Shown here one piece after another: positions 32,603 to 47,057 of a stretch of 64,000 bases of DNA. The position numbers were made by a program, and so were the translations under genes. The stretch spans positions 52,080,001 to 52,144,000 of the forward strand of contig OX597822.1 in NCBI GenBank assembly GCA_951406725.2, in the 5' to 3' direction. The stretch's first letter is position 1; every line of letters begins with the position of its first letter. A model generated the notes under the pieces. It worked only from the letters and a program-made list of their open reading frames with translations. It did no database searches and was not told where the DNA came from. The DNA is from Octopus vulgaris (lineage: Eukaryota).

Positions 32603-33653
32603 CGTGTGTGTGTGTGTGTGTGCGTGTGTGTGTGCTAGTTCGCGACTTCAAAATGTAGTAGAGTCTAATTATTTGTTACTGGGAATGTGTGTGCGTCCGG
32701 TGTGTAAATAGCTACTAATCTAAATGCAGCGCCAGATTTACTGCTATTCGCATTAAACCTCTGGCTTTAGGAAAAACTGTTCTAACATCTAGATGCAGGC
32801 ATTTTCAAAACAATTACTAATGTGCCAGACTAGAATACACTCAAAAGAATTGTACCGATTAATTTTCGTGAAAACCACCTAATACTTGGTATGGTGCACA
32901 AAGGGATTAATAAAAACAAAGCGTACATACTTTAAAATAAATCTGCCTCATAATACTGAACACAACTTCACTCTTGTCATTCTTATGGAATCTTTATCGT
33001 TAATTTTCATCGATAATTCTATTCTTCAAACAACACCGATTTTCAACATTCAAAACGTGTTTTACATGACAGACACAGAAAAGACTTGCTTGCCAACACA
33101 TCGAAGTACTTGTAACCTTTTAACAAACAAATGTTTAACTTGAATTCTTAAATCTACTTAAATATTTAATCTACTCTCATAAATACTTAATTCAATTTTT
33201 ATGTTGTGTTCTATATACAGTTACTAGTTAATTAGATTTCTTTTCATTTATAAATAAAAGTTACATTGAGTGCTACAGTTTACATGTGTAACGCTTTATT
33301 GGAATCGAAGACATAATCGATTATACAAGCAACAGTTATATCATTCAAAAGAAAACTAACAAATGAAATATCGAATGAAGTCAAACATATAAGCTATTAT
33401 AGATTCGTTTATTTTATTTATAGTATTTCTAACAAAATTGACAGACAAATATTACAAATTAAATTATGTCATTTTTCGCAGAAGTTACTGAATTCACAAA
33501 ATTTGCTGTTCTAAAATAGCTTATTTTGTGTGACTTTATGTTAAATACTTTTAAGATCAATCAATAAAAATAGCTCTATGATGCAAACATTACTAGTAAT
33601 GCATACTTGGCGTATGTATGTTGTTTACACATACGTTAAACTGCAGTTTTTAT

Positions 33654-34006
33654 CCAGGAAAAATCTCTTTAAAGACGTTTAATTTTAAAGAAACGTACTA
33701 TACTTAAGAGCTCGGTGAAATGAAATCACCCCAGAAGTGCTCACGAGAATGGCAGATACCGTATTTTGCGTTACTTGCGGCTTAATAATGCCGTGCACTC
33801 GTGCTGTCTCTTAAACGAAATCAGACTGGAGCTTTCGATTTCGTCTCAGAGGTGACGTGAACGCGCAGCATTGATACACCGCCATTACGGCGAAATACGG
33901 TATCTACTACTCTAGCGACCACTTTTAGGCCGATTTCGTTTCTCCTAGATCGGAAGTATACTGGGGTCTTTTGACACAATAACTCTTTAAAGAGATTTTT
34001 TTCCGG
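33654..34006. repeat. Old imperfect palindrome, ~170-bp arms, 14-nt loop
   Basis: Anchors gaaaaatctctttaaaga/tctttaaagagattttt, agataccgtattt/aaatacggtatct and acgaaatc/gatttcgt. Confidence 0.8.
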
Positions 34007-35372
34007 GCGCAGATTGCTGCTTCTCGCTTTTAAATAACAGGCGTTAAGTATGTAGTACTAATAATGTTTCAATATTTACTGATAATGTTTCAATATTTTC
34101 CTATAATCATGATCCGCAGAAATTATTTTCTTACTTGATGGATAAAGACTTTGCTTATTTTTGTTCTTACATTAAATCAAAACCGGAGGATAATTCACAG
34201 AATTTTCTTGTTACAAGTTCCTTTTTTAGATTTAATTTGCCTGTTATCCTTCAGCTGTCTCCTTTAAACCACTTGCTCTTAGCACATTGTTAAATGCATT
34301 CATCGTCTGTCGAAAGATGCATCATGCTGGGAAATATTTGACATTTGCTTATGTAAATTGTCGTGTAGATTTTCGAGATTATATTGAATGAATTACTTTG
34401 TTTTTTTCATATACAGCTTGGTAATCACTGAGTTCGTGTATGTTTGACATTCCCCACTGTTTCAGATAAAAGTCAGGTTCAGAATTATACAATTGTTAGA
34501 TACGTGCCTATTTTAAGCTTAAGTTTCAAGTCACTTAATGAGTATTCTATTTTCGACATTTATTTACCTGCTAACCAGTTTCACTTTCGATATTAAACGA
34601 CCATCATCTCTATATATTCTTTTTAACATTAAATGAAATTTCTTTCAATCCTAAATTAATTGCATACTCTCTTGCACCATTCACACGACAAAGTTGCCTG
34701 CGTTAGCCTTCTTTTCCTAAATTCTAACATCATGAACATTGGTCGTATTCCTAGCATAAGTAAGAGTGCGGGTGTTTGATTGGTTTATTTCGTTAGCTTA
34801 GATTGTTGCAGCCAAACACTGTTGATGTTATCTTGGAACCCGTAATGAAATAGCATACAGTATTTAGTTATATTGTGTTCTACATTCAAATTCACCCAGA
34901 TCGTCTTTGTTTTTCAATCTTCCTCGCCAATAAAATAAAGAGGTGATCGAGTAATACGTCTATATAACCGAATTTGGAGTGAAACGCACCATCTGCACGT
35001 AATGATCCGGCGCTAGCATTCAGTAACCAATCACCATATCCGGAAGTGTGTGCAATATAAGCGCTCGAACAAGAAATAAAGTAACATGTTCCCATATATT
35101 CGTGACAAAGAAATCGCTTGACGGATAAATATTTGGTTCACAAATAAAGCTGGTGAGAATAACAATGATGGCTTTAATAATAGTGATGACAGTGGTGATG
35201 GTAGTGAGATAGAATGTTAGTGATGTGTCTTGATGGTGATAGAGAATGGCGACCATGTTTTTGTCACAATAATAGTGGTTGTGTTGTGAAGTTGGTAATA
35301 GTTGTTGTTGTGGCAGTGGCTGTAGCTGTGGACGTAACTATCTTGATTTTATTGATATTGAAGATGACAATA

Positions 35373-35407
<35 letters not shown>

Positions 35408-35555
35408 AGAAATAGTGTGGATATTAAGGGCTAAAATGGAAGCTGTATTGTTAGTCATTCATCATCATCGTAGCGGTTGTAATAACAATGGGAAGGTTGT
35501 TGCTTATTGCAGTGAGGATAATATTGAAAGGGGTTGTTGTAATGGTTCTGATTGT

Positions 35556-35790
35556 GGAGGCGCGTAGCTTAGTGGTTAGGGTGTTGGACCCACAATCGTA
35601 AGACTGTGGTTCTAATTCCTGGACCGGGCAACGCATTGTGTTCTTGAGCAAAACACTTCCTTTTACGTTGTTCCAGTTCACCCAGTTGACAAAAATGAGT
35701 AATCCTGAGACAGATCGGCGTCCCGTCCAGGTAGGAAATACTTACGCCGTGAAACCAGGAAACTGGCCCTTATGAGTCGGCATAACTCGA
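35556..35790 (+). mobile_element. SINE family D
   Basis: Homology to 8857-9112. Confidence 0.78.
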
Positions 35791-36085
35791 AAAGGTAACT
35801 TTACCTTTTTTTACTAGTTATGATGGTTGTGGCGATAGTGGCGATGTTGTAATAGTGATGACGTTGATGGCGGTGTTGGTGGTGGCTATAATTATAATTA
35901 TGGTAATGATAATTAGGATTAGTAGGTTAGTTGTGATCATTACATAATGATATTGAATTTCATGGTGACGATAATTCTGACGACGATAGTAAAAATAATG
36001 AAAAGCGCTAAATTGGCAAGAAATTGCTTTTGAAGACAGGCTTTTATTTACATTTTAATTGCTGATCTTCATTCTCTATCTCTAC

Positions 36086-36116
<31 letters not shown>

Positions 36117-36564
36117 TCTCTCTCTCTCTTTCTCTCTCCCTCTCTCTCTCTCTCTCTTTCTCTCCCTCTCTCTCTCTCGGTTTCATTCATCTCCCTTTTT
36201 TTCTGAAGTTTTTTTCTCCTCATCACTTCGTCTCTCCACCTCTAGCTTATACTGCACAAAAAAAAACAGCTTGACATTTTATAATAATTATCTCTATTGA
36301 AGTAACATCGCGTTTAAGAGTAAATTATAAAAAGATAAAAGAATCAGTGCAGGCAGCAAAAAAGAGCACACAATAAAGAAAACAGGCAAAATAAATATAT
36401 ATAAAAATAGAACAAGAATTATCACGTCCTTAACATTAATGAACTAGGAAACCGAGTTGTGTTATGTGGCAGAAGAAAAAAAAAACGCGTAACGAAAGTT
36501 TTAATTGAAAGGTAGATAATGCCGAGAAAAAATATGTATATATATGTGTGTGCGTATGTATGTA

Positions 36565-36613
<49 letters not shown>

Positions 36614-36747
36614 TACGCACGTATATACATATATATATATATTTCTGCACACATATATACATACATGTATATATATAATGTGTGTGTATGTGTGTATTAT
36701 GTATTCTTATACATGCATATATATGTGTGAGTATGTGTGCGCGTGTG

Positions 36748-36792
<45 letters not shown>

Positions 36793-37234
36793 ATAGGAAG
36801 TGAGTAAGCACGAAAGATTCATGAGATCAATTTTAATTACTTGCTCTGTGACATTAAAACACTTTGTGAATAACGTTGATTGGTGCTAATGCGATCTGCT
36901 GTTAACAAATGAAGGTGCTTGTGCGGGTCAAACTGCACCTATTGTTGGTATCGTCATCATTTCTACTACCATCACCATCGTCAGGTTCATTGTCATTACT
37001 ATCATTACCATCGTCGTAATCATCGTCGTAGTCATCATCAGCAGCAGCATCAATAGCTTCATCATCATAATCAATATCATCTTCATTGCATTATCATCGT
37101 CATCATCGCCATCATCATCGTTACTATCCTCATCTTTTTAACATTCAACAAGACTGATACAGATTAATTTCGATTATCGAATGCTTGCTGTTGTTTTGTT
37201 TCAGTTTTGTCATTACTGTTGCTGCTGCTGCTAC

Positions 37235-37289
<55 letters not shown>

Positions 37290-38457
37290 AAGCAACAAGA
37301 CGAGTAAGGGTGATTACGTGATGATCTGGGGCTTAATGGCGGGAGACCCCAGACCTTGGAAAAAAAAACAAAAAAAAATTTGGTCGTCTTGTTATAGTTC
37401 GAGGGCTCTTCACTGACGCCCGACACCACTGGGAGGTGGCCCTCGAAGTCGCTGGAAATGGAGATCCCCAGGTCCAAATTCTTGGACGGCTGCTATTGCT
37501 GCTGTTCTTTAGCCCCAGACCAGCTTGATCGAATATACCTATGATTATATAGATCTTAACTGTGACATTCACACAGCTTTTATTAATGTTTAACGCATGT
37601 AAAACTACATCACACAAACACTTTTCTGATTTTTGAAAGACAGCAAGACGTGGTTAGAAACAAATACACCCCTTCGAACCCGTGTATGCCACCGCACTGG
37701 TAGCATACACCTATTTAACCTATTTTAAAGGATGGGATTGCCAAAATATCACGTGTCACAATTTCCGATAATGAAATCAAACCAAAACAAGAATAATCTC
37801 AGAAAACAAACACTGCAAACGAGAACTGTTCATCACCACCAAAGCTTAGCTTTTTATATAAAACTGAGGAATATCTATCTGCCTGTCTCTTTGCCTCTCT
37901 GTCTGTGTGTGTGTCTGTATGTGTGCATCTCTTGAGGACTACCCAACCGATTCCATTCAAATTTTGCACACAGACTACTAAGGGTGTATGGAATGCCATA
38001 GGTCAGAAATGTTCAACTTCTTGCCTAATTCGATCCCAGAGCAATCCCTTACACTATTTCAGAATTACGTGTCAAAAATGAAACAATAACATCTCTTATG
38101 TAATGTGAGAGAACAGTTTCAGTTTTAATAGTTTCACTATTAATAATTTCACTATTTATATCGTATATACATAGTGAAATTATTGATAATGGACATGCTA
38201 ACCTACCAGCTGGGTTATCCCAGAAACGACTGTAAGATTTCAAGTTAAATTATTCTAAATGACTTGAAATACTCGTTCTGCCTTTGTATTAATTTTTCCT
38301 CTAATATAATATATACCTCCTATAATGGAACCCTAAAACGGATCCCTAGATCCAGCCTTAGCTGTGACCTTAGAACCTAACGGTCGACCTACTATAGCTT
38401 TTACCGAGCGTACCTATTCGTTTAGATCATTAGTGAACTGAACCTCTCTTATTCTAT

Positions 38458-38508
<51 letters not shown>

Positions 38509-38513
<5 letters not shown>

Positions 38514-38927
38514 AGGAGTGGCTGTGTGGTAAGTAGCTTGCTTACCAACCACATGGTTCCGGATTCACTCCACTGCGTGGCACCTTGGGCAAGTGTCTTC
38601 TACTATAGCCTCGGGCCGACCAAAGTCTTGTGAGTGGATTTGGTAGACGGAAACTGAAAGAAGCCCGTCGTATATATGTATATGTGTATATATGTATGTG
38701 TGTGTTTGTGTGTCTGTGTTTGTACCCCCCACCAAACATCGCTTGACAACCGATGCTGGTGTGTTTATGTCCCTGTAACTTAGCGGTTCGGCAAAAGAGA
38801 CCGATAGAATAAGTACTAGGCTTACAAAGAATAAGTCCTGGGGTCGATTTACTCGACTAAAGGCGGTGCTCCAGCATGGCCGCAGTCAAATGACTGAAAC
38901 AAGTAAAAGAGTAAAAGAGTAAAAGAA
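38509..38927 (+). mobile_element. tRNA-derived SINE family B, full length, with internal microsatellite and (GTAAAAGA)n tail
   Basis: GCGCAGGAGTGGCTGTGTGGTAAG head, CORE-like ACCTTGGGCAAGTG, and tail aatgactgaaacaagtaaaagag. Confidence 0.88.
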
Positions 38928-40279
38928 TATATATATATTTACATATATATATACATATATATATATGTATGCATGTATGCATGTATGTATGTATGTATGT
39001 TTGTTTGTTTGTATGTATGAACATATGTATGTACGTGTGTTTGTCGACCTACCATCGCTTTAACTGTCTGAAACAAGTAACAGAATAAAAGAATATATAT
39101 AGAGAGATACACACCGTGATGTAGCTTCATCCATCATGTCACACGTCCAAAACATCAAGTGTTCCATGACTTTGTTTGGAGTGTTTCTGAGAAAATATTG
39201 CACCTCATATTCATACCAGATCTATTCGTATAAACTACCGATGAGGTTAGAAACTGTAGGGGCTTCGCTATGGCACATTTATTCATCTTCTAATGCTGAA
39301 AGGCATGAGCTGTCAATAAATCCAATATCGTCTTGGTATAATTTCCTGCATATAATTTGCAGTTTATCTTTATTTCTTTGCCCCATCGACAGCATACGTG
39401 AAAGCATTCAATCTTTTATAGATTTTTACCTACTGCACAGAGGCAAATTATTTTGTATTGCATTCAGGTTATCATGGAGGATCGCACATTAAGAGAACCA
39501 TATGACTAAGAACAACTCATTATCTTCAACAGGATCAACATCAATTCATGTCCTTCAGCACTAAATGTTATGTTACATCATTCCGGTTATCGACATTAAT
39601 CTAATTAGTAATAATACTAACGTGAAATGATATGGTATTAATCCTCTTAACTTTGAAATCACACATAATCTGTGAATCTGGAATCACAAGTACTCCTTGC
39701 TTGTGTTCATAGGTTGCTAGATATATGGTCGGCCAAACAAATGAGAATTTCTTAATCTTCAATGTTCCTGCTCTTTGAGACACTGATGACACTACAGTGC
39801 GTATTAGGTGTTTGTATTGTAGTGTTGGCATGTGTGTGTGTTGTGTATGTGTGCGTGTGCGTCTGTGTGTGTCTGTGTATACATGTGTGTCTGTGTATCA
39901 CGTATGTATGTGTATATATATTATATATATAAATATATATATACATATATTTATTTTAAAATGTGTAGAGGTAACACACGAGTAAGTAGATATTTATGAA
40001 AATGAAGAACGAAAATGCTACATGTACAAAAATGGAATATGTAGCGAGAAATGAGCTATTTATAAAATAAAAATTAAAATTAGCATTCATAGGTTACTTT
40101 CCTTTTGTCTGCAAGAGCGCGTGTTAAATTCTGTTAATTTTCGTGGCATAATTTGAACTGCCTGATTTGGAAAACTAAATAGTGTGGTCAAGACTTATTT
40201 TCTATAGGAAGATCTTTCCATTACTAGATGTATGTATATGTTTGTATATGTCTGTGTGTGTGTGTATACATGCACACAC

Positions 40280-40573
<294 letters not shown>

Positions 40574-40845
40574 TGACAGGAAATCAAGTAAATGTTAAAG
40601 GTAATAGAGATTTATCCGACATACCAGGAGTCCGAATCTTGTATAGTTGTTGTTTCCAAACTGTTTCTGGACAAAATGTTTGAATTGTTAATGCACCGAT
40701 TCCCCCAGCTGTGTGTGAATAGCTCGCAGATTGCCAGCGTAGTTTGGTATATTGTTACTTTTATGCCAACATTCACATCTCCGTAATGTACCATTCCAGT
40801 GCAGTTTATAAATTTACAATAGAAAAATCATACATTTATGTCTAC

Positions 40846-40878
<33 letters not shown>

Positions 40879-41051
40879 TGTATGTATGTATGTATGTATG
40901 TATGTATGTATGTATGTATGTATGTATGCATTTATGTATGTATCAATATATATAGTTAATCCAAACGAGAAAGCACAAAAAACACAACAACGCGAGGACG
41001 TGGAACAAATATAGTATTATTGGACGCTCAGGAAAGAAGGAAAGAAGGAGG

Positions 41052-41086
41052 GTTTAACGTTTCGAGCGGAGCTCTTCGTCGGAAAC
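41052..41086 (-). ncRNA. Minimal hammerhead-like motif, C4 variant core
   Basis: GUUU-CCGACGA-A-GAGC(UCC)GCUC-GAAACGUU-AAAC. Confidence 0.62.
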
Positions 41087-41153
41087 ATAGGAGAAGGAAA
41101 GATCCAGAGAAGGGAAGACAGAGGAAAAAAATCGCCAACGGTACACACGAGTT

Positions 41154-41216
<63 letters not shown>

Positions 41217-41312
41217 GGGAAGCTTTATGAAAATAAACAAAAGACGAAGGCAGGTGGAAAACAAACGAACAATTGTATTAGTATGGCGCTCAGGAAATAT
41301 AAATAAAACAAG

Positions 41313-41350
41313 TCTTTAACGTTTCGAGCCTACGCTCTTCAACAGAAAGA
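41313..41350 (-). ncRNA. Minimal hammerhead-like motif, U6 variant core
   Basis: UCUUU-CUGUUGA-A-GAGC(GUAG)GCUC-GAAACGUU-AAAGA. Confidence 0.62.
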
Positions 41351-41417
41351 TACACAGAGAGAGAAAAACACAGAAAGAAGGAGAGAAAAAAATGCGTGCA
41401 GTAGCTAACGAATCAAC

Positions 41418-41477
<60 letters not shown>

Positions 41478-42414
41478 GTATGTATTTATGCATAAGTAAA
41501 TATTCATGTATGTATGTTTATTTGCATCTCTCCCTCTCTCACTACATACGTATATATTATTTATATACACATATATACATAGATATACTCTTACACACAC
41601 ACACACATGTTTACTGTCTACTCACTTATCTATTTACACATAATCTCAAATACATACAGAGATACGTACATGTGCACTCACACACATGTACATTATAGAA
41701 ATAATACTTAAAACCCTCTGATAGCTATCGTAGAAACACTATGGAATGTTTTTTTTTATATGAAACACGAAATCAAAACAGTAGTTTTTTTCTCTAGCAT
41801 AAATATAATTTGTTTTCTTTTTTTTTTTTGAAGTAGGCATTTTCATGCAAAAATATATATTATATAATATTAAAAAAAAAAAACAGTTAGTGTACATGAT
41901 TTGTTTATATTACATAAATTCGCGCGCGTACGCACATACATGTGTGCAGCTGTTTTGTGCATATGCATATTTATAACTATTCTGTCAAAAGACGATTTCT
42001 CAGCAGGGGAAATATATTTAAATTTTGTGGAACAGTTCAAGTTACTCTTGTGATTTATATAATTTTATTATGTAAAGTTATATTTATTCCGACTATACAC
42101 AACTTTGATGCATAAGTTTTAGCTTAGATTGAAGTTAGCTAATGGTAGAGACAACTGCTTATGAATCTATACCGATAAGAGATGAAAATGTTATTGCGCA
42201 TTAGGTTAATGGGAATAACAATTTCCATGCATAAAAGAAAGAATACTTTATCTTCAAATTTATCCCTTACTCTTCTTTTATTATTGATTGCATCTTCTAC
42301 ACCAGAAGAGAATGAAATAGTACGAAGCAACCCTACCATTCAGCTACACGAAGGAAAGAAAACAGATGATCACTCCCTTTCTCTCTCTTTCTATCGCTCT
42401 GCTTTTAAATGGAC

Positions 42415-42453
<39 letters not shown>

Positions 42454-42880
42454 AGGATACGTATAAATAGACATATCTAGCTACACGCGCACACACATTT
42501 ATGCATATTTGCATACGCACACACTTACCCACATACACATACATGATATATTTAAGATCTGTTCTGCTTGTCTTAATAACGGAGAAAATAGTTGTACCGG
42601 AAACCAACTGAGATCGTGCACTTTTATCACGAAATATCGCTATATTTCTATCTATATATCTATCTGTCTATCCATCTTATCTTATCTTATCTGTGTATCT
42701 CTCAGCTTGTTTGTCTCTCAACATGTGTTTTTTAAACTCGAGTAGACAAGTGAGTGAACACGTTTCTGACAATCTAGAATAAAATTCTGTAAGGTCACTT
42801 TTGTTTCGTCTTATTTTTGTCAGGTATAGTGTGCGGTTGGCAAGAAATTTCGCTGTGATTTTAATCTCTGTGTGTTTCTC

Positions 42881-42913
<33 letters not shown>

Positions 42914-42914
42914 C

Positions 42915-42992
42915 TGCTATAGCCCCGGGCCGACCAATGCCTTGTGAGTGGATTTGGTGGACAGAAACTGAAAGAAGCCTGTCGTATATATG

Positions 42993-43025
<33 letters not shown>

Positions 43026-43263
43026 GTGTGTGTGTGTGTGTGTGTTTGTGTGTCTGTGTTTGTCCCCCTAGCATTGCTTGACAACCGATGCTGGTGTGTT
43101 TACGTCCCCGTCTCTTAGCGGTTCGGCAAAAGAGACTAATAGAATAAGTACTGGGCTTACAAAGAATAAGTCCCGGGGTCGATTTGTTCGACTAAAGGCG
43201 GTGCTCCAGCATGGCCGCAGTCAAAATGACTGAAACAAGTAAAAGAGTAAAGAGTAAAAGAGT
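42915..43263 (+). mobile_element. SINE family B (5'-truncated) abutting the hAT left end
   Basis: Homology to 38509-38927. Confidence 0.85.
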
Positions 43264-43273
43264 ATATATATAT

Positions 43274-46200
43274 CAGGGGCGTGCACTCTCAGCAATGCAA
43301 GGTATGCGCTGCATGCCTTCTTTGTTTCAAAGAAAATACGTCCAGTTGTTTTAGAAATATTGTCTCCACTTCGTACATCTGCTTTGATAAATGCTTTTAG
43401 AAGATCGCATGATACACACTCCCTCTCTGTCTGTATTAGTTTGTCCTTCCTTCCTCTCTCTCTCTCTATCTTAGTGACTCGATAAATTTATCGCTTGTCA
43501 TGCGTTGGGAAGACAGCATGAGTCCCCTTCTCTCTGTCTTTGATAGTTTGTCCCTTCTTCTTCTTTCTTTGTTTAAAAGATATGCTACGAGGAATGGTCA
43601 CCCCCTTCTCTCTCAGCGATTCGACAAATTCAGTTTGGCGTGTCATGCTGTGCTAAGACCGTATATCACGCCTCTCTGGCTATTTTGACCGGAACAAGAG
43701 CCGTCCCATAATTCTTGTTTTAGCCAGCTGAAATGTTGGAATAGCCTTCGCATGTAAGTTTGAAATTTTTTATCCAAAACATCCGTTTGCACTATCATAT
43801 TTTTAGAAAGTTTTGAAAGCAAAAATATCTATATTATATTTCTTATTTCAGAAATAGCTAATTAATCTTAAATTAATTTAACAAAGGGTATTTTTCCGTT
43901 TTGTTGAAATTGACTTAAAATTTACGCCGGCGCTTCCACGTGGGTCCTTAAATAAGAGCAGCCTTTTTCAAAATGAGTGAAATGTGTGTTATAAACGATA
44001 TTTTGAGAACTAGTTTTTCTAAAAGGGACTTCGATGGGAAAAAATTAATTATAAATCGTGGGAGACCAACACCGAATTTACCTAATTTGCGAAGCTACAA
44101 CAAGATATACACGAGACAATTTCAGATTAATTTGTATGAAAAGAAGAAATGGTTAACTGGAAGTGTTGCTCTTAATAAATTATTCTGTTGGCCGTGTTTA
44201 CTTTTTGGCTTAGAAAAAAATGTTTGGAATGATAAAGGCTATGATGATTTAAATAATTTACATATGGCTATGCTAAAGCACGAGCGTTCTCAAAGGCATA
44301 TAAAATGTTTGATAGACCTTAAAATATTCGGGAATGTTCGCATAGACTTACAATTAGATGCACGTAAAAATCAAAGCATACAACAGCATAATGAGAAAGT
44401 TCGACGAAACAGATCCATTCTGCAACGATTGATCGATGTTGTTATTTTTTTAGGCCTCCAGGAATTATCGTTTCGGGGTCATTTTGAATCTGAAGGCTCT
44501 AATAATCGGGGAAATTATAAAGAACTCGTTTATTTGATCAGTAAATATGACAAACAAATGGAAAGTCATTTAGATACAGCTTCTATCTTCACTGGTCTGT
44601 CGAACAGAATTCAAAATGACTTGATCGAAGCAATTCATAAAGTTATGTTGAATGAGATGCAGAAGGAAATTGACCAAGCTAAGTTTGTTTCTATTCTTGT
44701 TGATGAGACATCTGATGTCTCAGCATCTTCACAACTGTCAACAGTTTTACGTTATGTTACAGAAGACTGTGTGACGAAAGAACGATTTATCGGTTTTAGT
44801 GATGTTAGTGCAGATCGATCTGCAAATGCTTTATCTGAACATGTTTTTAAATGCATTGAGACGTGGGAATGAGGAAACAAATTGATTGCGCAGACATATG
44901 ATGGTGCCGCTACAATGGCAGGACAACTAAATGGGTTACAGGCAAAAGTAAGAAAGAAATATGAATGTGCGATCTTTATTCATTGTTGTGCCCATATCCT
45001 AAATTTAGTTCTTTCACAATCATGCTCTGCTATGAAAGAATGCAAGATATTTTTTTCTACAATAAACGGACTCGGTACATTTTTTACGAAATCACCGAAA
45101 AGGACTAATGCATTAGATAATATTGTTAAAAAAAGATTTCCGAAAGCAACAGCAACTAGATGGAATTACTCCTCACGTCTTATTATTACCACAAAGGAAA
45201 ATTATAATTTCATAATCAGCCTTTTTGAACACATCATTGAAAATTCTGAAGCATGGGATGATACCACCATAAATTCAGCAATTGGATTCTTACACACTTT
45301 AAAAGCTCCTGATTTCTTATTTTTGTTAGAGGTATTCAGTGACATTTTTTCTTTTACTGACGTCTTATTTAACATACTCCAGAGTAAAAGTCATGACATA
45401 GTGTATTGTAAACAGCAAATAGATAAAACTAGAACTGTACTCGAAAACAAACTTGATAATTTTTCAGTCTTTTATGATAGGTTAGGGGAAAAATATGGAG
45501 TCGATGCAGGAATCGGAATTTAGAGATCCAAGAATATATCTATTGATCCCCAACGACATTATAGAACGCTTTATAACAAAATTATAAGTACAATAGTTGA
45601 CCAAATAAAAGCACGATATTCATCCTTAGAAGAGTTTAAATTCATGGAACTTTTGAATTTCAACAAAGTTGATGAGTATTGCAAACAATTTCCTGTGGAC
45701 TCTTTAGATTCTTTAACAACAACTTATGGCAGATTTTTTGATGTAATACGATTACAAAGTGAGCTCAATGTGATGTATTCAATGAAAGATTTTAAAAAAC
45801 CAAGTGTAAGTCAATTAATGAGTTACATTAACAGCACTGATCTTGTTGAAGCTATGCCAGAACTCTTCAATCTGTGCAAGTTGATTTTGACAATTCCGTC
45901 TACCACTGCTTCTGTAGAGCGATCCTTTTCTGCATTAAGTAGAATTAAAACATGCCAAAGAAATGCGACAGGAGAAAGAAGACTGTCTGGGTTAGCACTA
46001 ATGTCAATTGAAAAAGATTTATTACAAGAATTGATGAAAAGAGAAGATTTCTATGAAAATGTGATAGATATATTTGCTCAGAAAGATCGAAGAATTGAAT
46101 TAATTTATAAATGAGCTAAGTAACATTTTAAAACATTAAAAAAAAATAATATATTAAAGAGCATATATTACAGGTTTTGCTTAGTGTTTGTTATAACGTA

Positions 46201-47057
46201 AGGTTCGACCTTCTTACATCAGTATTGTTTCGCAGGAGAAATGTTTTGATTTCTTCGTGAAACCTAACCTACATAGATTTCCCTTTCTGTGCTGCTGGGT
46301 GTAGTCTATTTACGGCCGTAAATAAGTGTTTTGTTTCACTTTCAATAAGTGTCTTGTTTCAATCTCAGAGATGTTGACTTCTGCCACAACAGTTTTGGGA
46401 GGCTTTTTACAATGTTGAATTTTCGCTGTCTTTCATTGTGTGAGTATTCATGTATATGCGTGTATTTTCAATGTTTGTGTGCGAGACGTAGTCCTTTAAT
46501 GTACGGAGTTCAGTAAGTCTCAGAACAGTCAATAATTTTCCCGGAATTGACAAGTAGCATGATAAAGCACCTGACTTGTCTTCGAGAGCGTAACGATCTA
46601 AAACCATGGCCATATAATGTAACTAAATGTGTTCTTTTAATTAAATCATTTCATTCAGCTCAACCGATAGGTATAGGAGCTAATGCAGAATCGCACCCCT
46701 TTGAAAAACGAATTTATGTGAAAATTTTTTTTCGGATTCCTACCTTTAACAGAGATTCTGAATATGCAAAAATATTGACAGATTCCAATTTCATCTTTAT
46801 TACATTTCACTTATGATTTTTAGACTTTTCTAAGGGAGAACGAGGATGGGAAAGTACTGACGTTTCGAAGAGCAAAGAATAATACAAACAATACACTTAT
46901 TTCAGGATCATCTCTGCGCAGCCATTTTTTATTCCCTGTTTATTCTGCATATTCAGAATCTCTTATATGTAAATCGTAGGAATACGAAAATGTTTTACTG
47001 AAAAAAGCCGGGGGGGGGGGGGGGCAATGAAATTAATTGCATGCCCAACGCACGCCA

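Noticed and set aside
34130-34330. Exon-like segment on the minus strand (cag| ... |gtaag)
   Set aside because: All three frames contain stops and there is no supporting homology.
42139-42454. Short ORFs as a possible paralogous first exon near the duplicated segment
   Set aside because: No signal peptide, donor site or similarity to the 61795-61852 exon.
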